Assembly: GCA_016187745.1 (NCBI GenBank)
Contig: JACPJC010000008.1
Location: forward strand, 1-26,432
Direction of reading: 5' to 3'
Origin: Candidatus Iainarchaeum sp.
GTDB lineage: Archaea > Iainarchaeota > Iainarchaeia > Iainarchaeales > JAXPJC01
DNA length: 26,432 bases
Below, in pieces: positions 18,368 to 24,758 of the stretch (the stretch's first letter is position 1; each line of letters starts with the position of its first letter). Both the position numbers and the translations under genes were made by a program. A model generated the notes under the pieces. That model had not been told where the DNA came from, did not search any database, and saw nothing but the letters and a program-made list of their open reading frames with translations.

Positions 18368-18655
18368 CTAAAAGATTTCCCAGTCGTCATTGCTCCGGAG
18401 TTCTGGCCTTTTCTTTATCCTTTCCTTCAGCGGAACATCAGGCTCTGCGCCCGCCCCTGCCAATTCCTTTGGGGGCCTTAAGATGCTTGTTTGCGAGCTT
18501 CCCCCTTTGATGCTTTTTTTGAAGGAGTTTATTTCATCAATGCTGCCTTCCCTCATTGCGCCAACATAGTTGCAGCGCCTGCAGCGTTCGCTATTTAGGC
18601 TTTTTGCAAGATCAAAACCCGCACACTGCGGGCAGTATTTCAGCTTCAAAGACAA
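18368..18655 (-). CDS. Small Zn-ribbon protein
   Basis: YCPQC...CRRCNYVG and an acidic-aromatic end (DDWEIF). Probable TTG/GTG start at 18655/18658; the longer ORF would overlap the upstream gene. Confidence 0.7.
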   Translation of the reverse strand: MSLKLKYCPQCAGFDLAKSLNSERCRRCNYVGAMREGSIDEINSFKKSIKGGSSQTSILRPPKELAGAGAEPDVPLKERIKKRPELRSNDDWEIF

Positions 18656-18696
18656 CACCCCGAATTCTGACTTATAATGTTCGGAAGAAGTTGTAT

Positions 18697-19014
18697 TTAA
18701 TTCTTTTGTGCTTTGGGCTCGTCTTTTGGCGGTTCCTGGGTTTTCTGCGCCCACTTGCTGAAATACCATATGCCTATTACACAGATGATTGTTACAATTA
18801 CCGCTGCAAGAATCCTGTAGATGTAGGCTGAAACAACAGGCATCCCGAGGATTTTCAGCATTTCATTCACGCCTTCCCGAATCACGCCCTGCCAGTAAAG
18901 CGCAATAACCAATGCAAAGGCCGTTGTGATTGCGAGCGCGAGCCTTGTGCGCATTTCTGCCTCAAGTTTTCTCGCCTCTTCCTGCAGGCTTTTTGTAATC
19001 TTCCTTCCATCCAT
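18697..19014 (-). CDS. DUF5654-like two-TM membrane protein
   Basis: ITTAFALVIALYWQ..I resembles the DUF5654 pattern AFGLVAALAW; second TM AAVIVTIICVI. Confidence 0.75.
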   Translation of the reverse strand: MDGRKITKSLQEEARKLEAEMRTRLALAITTAFALVIALYWQGVIREGVNEMLKILGMPVVSAYIYRILAAVIVTIICVIGIWYFSKWAQKTQEPPKDEPKAQKN

Positions 19015-19053
19015 AATTTTCCATCCTTAAGCTTGTTTTGTTTTCGGTTTTTC

Positions 19054-19178
19054 TTTCGGGGTAAAACCCGAAATATTTTTCTCTTTGGGTAAAACCTAGA
19101 CTTTCTCTTTTCCTAAAAGAGAAAGGATTGGTTTTTCTTTTGAACCCCGGGGCCTTTTCTTTTTCCAAAAAGAAAAGG
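19054..19178. repeat. Cluster of short inverted repeats 3' of tRNA-Phe
   Basis: TTTCGGG/CCCGAAA (19054-19073); second GGGTAAAACC (19087-19096); 11-bp IR 19101-19125; 12-bp IR 19153-19178. Confidence 0.8.
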
Positions 19179-19186
19179 GGCTGTTG

Positions 19187-19338
19187 TGGGGAAGGCGGGA
19201 TTTGAGCCCGCGACACTAACCGGGTTATTGGAATAACCGCACGGTTGCTGCTCAGCTGGAAACTTCAGCTTCACATAGGCCAAATCTTTTTGTTGACTTT
19301 AACCAATCGTGTGCTCTACCAGACTGAGCTACTTCCCC
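19187..19338 (-). tRNA. tRNA-Phe(GAA) with three introns (30/31, 37/38, 43/44)
   Basis: Removing 19270-19307, 19246-19262 and 19217-19239 gives a 74-nt cloverleaf: GGGGAAG TA GCTC AGTCTGGTA GAGC A CACGG CT GAA GA CCGTG GTGTC GCGGG CTCAAAT CCCGC CTTCCCC A. Each junction lies in a BHB or relaxed-BHB motif. Confidence 0.88.
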
Positions 19339-19375
19339 GTCAAATGAATTGCTCCTCCAAATGATTTTTATATTG

Positions 19376-19492
19376 CGAGCCCGGGGGGATTTGAACCCCC
19401 GACAAACGGATTAAGAGTCCGTTGCTTACTGGGAAGATGAAATTTAATTTGAATCAAACTTCAACTTCTCTACCAGGCTGAGCTACGGGCCC
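19376..19492 (-). tRNA. tRNA-Lys(CTT) with 43-nt D-arm intron (22/23)
   Basis: Intron 19427-19469; mature 74-nt cloverleaf with anticodon arm ACGGA-CT CTT AA-TCCGT and G73; CCA not encoded. Confidence 0.95.
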
Positions 19493-19530
19493 AACACATA
19501 TAATTGGAGAGGGAAAGAATTTAAATAAAG

Positions 19531-19644
19531 TGGCGAGCCCGGTGGGATTTGAACCCACGACAAACGGCTTAAAAGGCCGTTGCTTACTGGGAAATTCTGA
19601 TTAATTAAAACCAGAGTTTCTCTACCAGGCTGAGCTACGGGCCC
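19531..19644 (-). tRNA. tRNA-Lys(TTT) with 37-nt D-arm intron (22/23), CCA encoded
   Basis: Intron 19585-19621; anticodon arm ACGGC-CT TTT AA-GCCGT; ends G-CCA. Confidence 0.95.
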
Positions 19645-19701
19645 ACACACATAATATCTGTGAATGATTAACTATTTAAATATACAAAATGCAATCTATC
19701 T

Positions 19702-20397
19702 ATGCAAAGATGGAGCGTTGGAAAGCCTGTTATACTAATTCCTGCCTATAATGAGGAAAAACTTATTGGAAAAACTATAGACTTGATAAAAAGGACGGGG
19801 GTTAATGCAGGCATAATTGTTGTTGATGATGGCAGCACTGACAGAACTGCAGAAATTGCGGCGCGGAGAGGCTGCAGAGTTGTGAGCCTACCAAGAAATT
19901 TTGAAAAATCTAATGTGTTTTTTGCAGGAATAAAGGAGGCGCTTAAAACAAACCCCGCCGCAGTTGTGACAATAGATGCTGATTTGGTTAAACTTACTGG
20001 CGCATCTTTGAAGAATATTATTGATGATGCGGCAAAGGCAACAAAGAATGGAAAGGCAAGGATGTTTGTTGCAGAGCCAAGGGAAAGAAGTTTCCCTGGC
20101 ATGTGGTTTTTGTCCGGATTTAGGGCTTTTAGTTTGCCAGCATTATATAAATTGCGCGCATCAAAACTTAAAGCTGTTCCAAAAGGCTTTGGGCTGGAAA
20201 TTTTTTTGAATGATTTCTTCAAATACGGAAATTTGCCAGAACGCTTAATTAGTGCTAGATTGAACCGTTATGATGGGGCGGTATTTGAGAAACAATACAG
20301 GGTGCGGGGCAGCCAGGAAAAGCAGGCTTTTGAAATTGACTTAACAGTTAAAAGACTTAAAAGGCGGGCACCAAAAAGAAGAAATTTGCCAAAATAA
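19702..20397 (+). CDS. GT2-family glycosyltransferase-like protein with basic C-terminal tail
   Basis: IPAYNEE, VVDDGSTD.T, DAD (DxD), SGFRAF; C-terminus KRLKRRAPKRRNLPK. Confidence 0.85.
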   Translation: MQRWSVGKPVILIPAYNEEKLIGKTIDLIKRTGVNAGIIVVDDGSTDRTAEIAARRGCRVVSLPRNFEKSNVFFAGIKEALKTNPAAVVTIDADLVKLTGASLKNIIDDAAKATKNGKARMFVAEPRERSFPGMWFLSGFRAFSLPALYKLRASKLKAVPKGFGLEIFLNDFFKYGNLPERLISARLNRYDGAVFEKQYRVRGSQEKQAFEIDLTVKRLKRRAPKRRNLPK

Positions 20398-20401
20398 AGA
20401 G

Positions 20402-21769
20402 CTAGTTATGTTTCTTTTTTGGCTTTGCCTTTTTCTTCTGCTTGCGCGCTTTTGGTTTTGCTGCTTGTCTTGCCTTTTTGCCCTTGGCCTTTTCAGGCTT
20501 TGGAAGCGCTTTCCTTATTTCCTTTATTCCGCGCATATAGGGAACCAGAACCTTGGGAATTTTTATGCTGCCGTCTGCCTGCTGGTTGTTTTCCAAAAGC
20601 GCAATCATGAGGCGCGGGAGAGCAAGCCCCGAGCCGTTCAGGGTATGCACAAATTTTGCGCCTTCAGGGGTAAAATACTTTGTGTTCATGCGCCTTGCCT
20701 GGAAGTCCTTGCAATCGCTGCAGGAGCTTGTTTCCAGATAGCGCCCCATTGCTGAGGCATAGCACTCAATATCATAGGTTTTTGCAGAGGCAAAACCCAT
20801 ATCGCCTGTGCAGAGCAGAAGCGTTCTATAAGGAACTTCAAGCAGCTCAAGGAGCTTTTCCGCGCGGGCGCGCATTGCTTCAAGTTCTTTTTGGGAATCC
20901 TCCTGCTTGCATATAACTACCATTTCAACCTTATCGAATTGGTGCAATCTGAATATTCCGCGGGTTGCTTCGCCGTGTTTTCCCGCTTCAGTGCGGAAGC
21001 AGGGGGTATAGGCGCAATAGCGCTTTGGAAGCTCTTTTGGATTCAATACTTCAGCGGCATGGAGGTTTGTAAGCGGAACTTCGGCTGTCGGAATTAAATA
21101 AAGGCCTTCGCGGGTTTTGAACAAGTCATTTTCAAATTTCGGGAGCTGGCCTGTTCCGAACATTGTTTTCTCATTGACCAGTTCCGGGGGGAAAATTTCT
21201 GTCCAGCCGTCCCTTGTGTGGAAATCAAGCATGAAATTTATCAGCGCCCTTTCAAGCGTTGCGCCCAACCCCTTGAAAACATAGAATCCGGAGCCGGCCA
21301 ATTTTGCGGAGCGCTCCAAATCAAGGATGTCAAGGCCCTTCCCGAGCTCGGAGTGGTCCTTTGGCTTGAACCTGAATTTCGGGATTTTTCCCTGTTGTTT
21401 TACAACTTTGTTGTCCTCTGAGCCCGCGCCCTTTGGAACTGAAGCATCAGGGAGATTCGGGAGGGTTTTGGTTATTGCGTCAATCTGGCCCTTCAAAGCG
21501 TCTGCCTGAACCTCAAGGGATTTTATCTGCTCGGGAATTATCCTGACTTCCGCAATCTTTTGCGCAGCATCAGCCTTTTTCACAATAAGCTCCTTGATTT
21601 CTGCTGAAAGGACATTGCGCCTGTGCCTGAGCGCGTCAGCCTGCTCTTTGAGGCTCTTCCATTCTGAATCCTTCCCCGCAAGCCCGTCAATATCCGCATT
21701 ATAGCCGCGGCTCTGCAATCCCTTTTTCACAACTTCCGGGTTTTTCCTGATTAGGTCAATGTCAAGCAT
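20402..21769 (-). CDS. serS: Seryl-tRNA synthetase (standard/bacterial type) with Lys-rich C-terminal extension
   Basis: True start MLDIDLIR at 21769; GTGQLPKF, LIPTAEVP, FRTEAG, HQFDKVE, FQARR, HTLNGSGLA..R. Confidence 0.96.
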   Translation of the reverse strand: MLDIDLIRKNPEVVKKGLQSRGYNADIDGLAGKDSEWKSLKEQADALRHRRNVLSAEIKELIVKKADAAQKIAEVRIIPEQIKSLEVQADALKGQIDAITKTLPNLPDASVPKGAGSEDNKVVKQQGKIPKFRFKPKDHSELGKGLDILDLERSAKLAGSGFYVFKGLGATLERALINFMLDFHTRDGWTEIFPPELVNEKTMFGTGQLPKFENDLFKTREGLYLIPTAEVPLTNLHAAEVLNPKELPKRYCAYTPCFRTEAGKHGEATRGIFRLHQFDKVEMVVICKQEDSQKELEAMRARAEKLLELLEVPYRTLLLCTGDMGFASAKTYDIECYASAMGRYLETSSCSDCKDFQARRMNTKYFTPEGAKFVHTLNGSGLALPRLMIALLENNQQADGSIKIPKVLVPYMRGIKEIRKALPKPEKAKGKKARQAAKPKARKQKKKAKPKKKHN

Positions 21770-21811
21770 TTGTCTCTGATATAAAAAGATATTCATATAA
21801 CTTAAATAATT

Positions 21812-22345
21812 ATGGTTAGGGCAAGTGTTTTGAGATATGGGCACAGGAGCGTCAGGGATTATCGCGTTACAAGCCACTGCGCGCTTGTGGCAAGGGCTTT
21901 CGGCGCAGAGGGCATAACCATATGCGGGGAGGAGGACGAAAGCATCAGGCGGAGCATTGAGAAAGTTTCTGAGAAATGGGGCGGAACTTTCAGCGTCGGT
22001 TTTTCCGATTCGTGGAAAAATGAATTTAAGAAGTTCAGGAAGAGGCGGAATTCCGCAATAGTGCATCTCACAATGTATGGGATTCCATTGCAGAAGGCGA
22101 TTGGGAAAATAAGGAAATTCGGGAATATTATGGCTGTAATTGGCTCGCAGAAGGTTGAGGGCGCGGTGTATGGGGATTCTGATTTCAATGTAAGCGTCAC
22201 GCAGCAGCCGCATTCTGAAATTGCCGCGCTTGCTGTTTTTCTGCACGAATTGTTCGGGGGAAAGGAGCTTGAAAGGAAATTTCCAAATGCAAAAATAAGG
22301 ATTATCCCTAAAGAAAAAGGGAAAAAAGTTCTGAAAGGGGAATAA
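21812..22345 (+). CDS. trm56: tRNA (cytidine56-2'-O)-methyltransferase aTrm56
   Basis: LRYGHR..RD.RVTSH.ALVARAFGA, VHLTMYG, IGSQKV, QPHSEIAALAVFL. Confidence 0.96.
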   Translation: MVRASVLRYGHRSVRDYRVTSHCALVARAFGAEGITICGEEDESIRRSIEKVSEKWGGTFSVGFSDSWKNEFKKFRKRRNSAIVHLTMYGIPLQKAIGKIRKFGNIMAVIGSQKVEGAVYGDSDFNVSVTQQPHSEIAALAVFLHELFGGKELERKFPNAKIRIIPKEKGKKVLKGE

Positions 22346-22384
22346 ATTGCTTTTTAATCCTTTTTCTATCAAGTTATATAAAGC

Positions 22385-22924
22385 ATGGCTAAGAAAGACC
22401 TGGTTGAGTTGTCTGTTGTCAAGGAATTCCTGAACAGCAAGGCGGGAGAACATGCCTGCGAGCTGGTAAGGATATGCAACAGCAAGAAAATTGTGAATGA
22501 TGAGTTCATAGCAGGCAAGCTGGGGCTGAAAATTACTGAAGTTAGGGCCATACTCAACAGGCTGCATTACCATGGGGTTGCGTATTATGACAAGAAGCAT
22601 GATTCGCGCTCGGGGTGGTATAGCTACACCTGGAAGATAAACAGCAAAAGGATAGCTGAATTGATTCTTGGGCAGCAGGCCGAGGAAGTGCAGAAGCTTG
22701 AGAGCAAGAGGGATTTCGAGAAAAACTACAGCTTTTTCAGCTGCAGGAAGAACTGCGACAATTTCCAGTTTGAGATTGCTGCGGAATACGGATTCCGCTG
22801 CCCGCAGTGCGGGGACATGATGAATTCCGTTGACAGCAAAAAGCGCATGAATCTTGTAAACAACAAGATAAAAAATATCAGGGAAGAGATTGATGTGCTT
22901 GAGAAGTTCTGCAAGGCCGTATAA
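22385..22924 (+). CDS. tfe: Transcription factor E alpha subunit
   Basis: Winged helix (DEFIA..LGL...EVR.IL..L...G...Y, SGWYSYTW) plus Zn ribbon (CRKNC...FRCPQCG) and coiled tail. Confidence 0.93.
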   Translation: MAKKDLVELSVVKEFLNSKAGEHACELVRICNSKKIVNDEFIAGKLGLKITEVRAILNRLHYHGVAYYDKKHDSRSGWYSYTWKINSKRIAELILGQQAEEVQKLESKRDFEKNYSFFSCRKNCDNFQFEIAAEYGFRCPQCGDMMNSVDSKKRMNLVNNKIKNIREEIDVLEKFCKAV

Positions 22925-23028
22925 AAACACATAAATCTGGACGAAATCAGCAGGCATTAAAAGGGATTAAATTTAACAGCAAATGTTAAAAGAAGGTTGA
23001 TTTTGGTTTTGTTTGCATTTTTGTCTTG

Positions 23029-23054
23029 TTTTTTACCAGTTAACTGGTAAAAAA
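23029..23054. promoter_or_regulatory. Perfect 26-bp palindrome upstream of the initiator tRNA gene
   Basis: TTTTTTACCAGTT|AACTGGTAAAAAA; function unknown. Confidence 0.55.
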
Positions 23055-23098
23055 GTTTAAGGATGAATTAAAAAAGGTTTTGGAAGTAATATAATAAT

Positions 23099-23213
23099 AG
23101 CGGGGTAGGGCAGCCAGGAGTGCCCGTCGAAATTGTTTCTGTTTTATTAAATATGAAACAGTTGCGGATGGCTCATAACCCGAAGGTCGAAGGTTCAAAT
23201 CCTTCCCCCGCTA
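23099..23213 (+). tRNA. Initiator tRNA-Met(CAT) with 40-nt intron at 29/30
   Basis: A1:T72; mature anticodon stem TCGGG/CCCGA (three G:C pairs). Intron 23130-23169 sits in a strict BHB: GC-CCGT-CG^A ... GCGG-AT^G-GC. Confidence 0.96.
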
Positions 23214-23522
23214 CTTTTACTATTTCTATCTATTTTTTAGTTGTTTGCCGAAGTTTATAATAGGCTTCAAATTGCTGGCGCTTGGTGCACTGGTTGTGCG
23301 GCTTGTATTTTAGGCTTGTTTTTATTAGATAATTTTTGAGGCAGGCTAGCGGAGCAAGCTTTCAGGAAGTGTGACACACAATATGGCTTGCTGGGAACAC
23401 TAACTTTTTGTGCAAGACCGGTAGTTGGGGTGTTGGGATTACTTACCTACTGCCAACCCGCTCACTTCCACTATTAATTTTAACTCACTTTTAGCTTAGG
23501 TTGCATACTTGTTTGGGAAGTT

Positions 23523-23555
23523 GGTAATTACTGTAAAGATAGGTCATTACCGTAA
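23523..23555. promoter_or_regulatory. Tandem operator-like repeats GGT(A/C)ATTAC(T/C)GTAA
   Basis: Copies at 23523-23536 and 23542-23555, each containing the palindrome TTAC-N-GTAA, just upstream of a TTTTAAG TATA-like box. Confidence 0.55.
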
Positions 23556-23585
23556 GTATTTTAAGTAATTATGTTCATTATAGTA

Positions 23586-24113
23586 ATGACAAGTGATAAA
23601 ATGGGTATTGGAAAATCTTTATTTAGTTGGCTTGCGGGAGCCTTTAAGCGCCTGGAAGTCCTGTCGGATGAGTTTGCTCCCCTTGAGAAGGGTTCAGTAG
23701 CGGAGCAGGGAGCTGCGGAGCAGGCAAAGGAGGCCCATGAGGTGCATAATTTCTGGGATTACCTGAAATTCCAGGAAAACACACAGGCACACCATCTTGC
23801 GAACATATTGAATTTTGAGGAATGGCTTGAGATGGAAGAGATAAGGAGGAGGATTTCAGAGCTATTTGGAATAACCTATAAGAATGAGAGGAGCCTTTAC
23901 CCCTATCTCAAAACCCTCGTGGATATAGGGCTTGTGGAAGGCAGCAACATAGGGGGAAGGCGCAAGTGGCGCAAGAAGGCCCTGTTGATAAAGTTCTCCG
24001 AACTCAAGAAGGCAAGGGAAGACGCCAAGAAAGAAAAAACTGCGGAGCAGGTTGCGCGAACTGAAACAAAAAAAGCAGAGCAAAACTCTGAAAGCAGTGA
24101 TGAGGGGTTATAA
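23586..24113 (+). CDS. Hypothetical protein with putative winged-helix domain
   Basis: MEEIRRRISELFG...SLYPYLKTLVDIGLVE..NIGGRRKWR reads as HTH plus wing. Start uncertain (23571/23586/23601). Confidence 0.7.
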   Translation: MTSDKMGIGKSLFSWLAGAFKRLEVLSDEFAPLEKGSVAEQGAAEQAKEAHEVHNFWDYLKFQENTQAHHLANILNFEEWLEMEEIRRRISELFGITYKNERSLYPYLKTLVDIGLVEGSNIGGRRKWRKKALLIKFSELKKAREDAKKEKTAEQVARTETKKAEQNSESSDEGL

Positions 24114-24191
24114 CTGCTACATAACAGATTGCTGTGTTTGAAGTGGATTTTTGCGTGTTTTCTTCGCTCCGCTGAATAAAATAGCTTAAAA

Positions 24192-24758
24192 TCAGCATTT
24201 GAATTGCTTCAGCATTTCCTTCAATTTTTCCATAGGCAGGCCGACAACATTGCTATAACTGCCTTCAATTTTCTCTATCCACCCCTTATCCATTTCCTGA
24301 ATTGCGTAGGCCGCGAAGCCGAAAAGTGAGGACTTTAACTTTTTAACATATCCATCAATTTCTTTACCAGTTAGCTTTTTGATTTTCACTCTTGTGGATT
24401 CAAAATCAATAATTTCTTTTTTGTTTTTTGCATCAATCAGTGCGATTCCAGTTATAACTTCGTTAACCTTATTGCTTAGTGTTTTAAGCATCTCTTTAGC
24501 TTCTTCTGTGTTTTTTGGCTTGCCAAGGAGTTTATCGTCTATTACAACAAGTGTGTCTGCGCCAATTACAATGCCTTCGGAAAGCTTGCAGGCTACGGAG
24601 CGCGCCTTGTTCAGTGCGTGCTCTTTCACTAAGTCCTGCGGATTTTTGATTTGAAAATTATTTTCAATATAGGCGCTTGGGATTATTTTGAATTTGTAAC
24701 CGGCTTCTTTGAGAAGCTGCGCGCGCCTTGGTGATTGGGATGCAAGAATCAGCTTCAA
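24192..24758 (-). CDS. maf: Maf-family nucleoside triphosphate pyrophosphatase (YhdE-like)
   Basis: LILASQSPRR, NKA, IGADT, LGKP, AYAIQ, IEGSYSNVVGLP; TTG start directly abuts the upstream stop. Confidence 0.93.
   Translation of the reverse strand: MKLILASQSPRRAQLLKEAGYKFKIIPSAYIENNFQIKNPQDLVKEHALNKARSVACKLSEGIVIGADTLVVIDDKLLGKPKNTEEAKEMLKTLSNKVNEVITGIALIDAKNKKEIIDFESTRVKIKKLTGKEIDGYVKKLKSSLFGFAAYAIQEMDKGWIEKIEGSYSNVVGLPMEKLKEMLKQFKC

Noticed and set aside
18962-19216. 84-aa ORF
   Set aside because: Overlaps the tRNA-Phe 3' exon and the hairpin cluster; low-complexity translation.
19246-19262. Alternative splicing of tRNA-Phe to a GAG (Leu) anticodon using the second GCTGA inside intron 2
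   Set aside because: Leaves extra nucleotides in the loop, lacks a BHB, and the tRNA has no long variable arm.
19054-19644. Possible CRISPR array (repeated sequences with spacers)
   Set aside because: The repeats are paralogous tRNA-Lys exons and irregular hairpins; no constant repeat-spacer period and no cas genes.
21770-22957. 396-codon N-terminal extension of the 851-aa SerRS ORF
   Set aside because: It is the antisense shadow of trm56 and tfe, both clearly real genes. SerRS homology starts at MLDIDLIR (21769) and the extension has no protein-like motif.
23214-23570. Replication origin or integrated element after tRNA-iMet
   Set aside because: No ORB consensus, cdc6, integrase or duplicated tRNA 3' end within the window.
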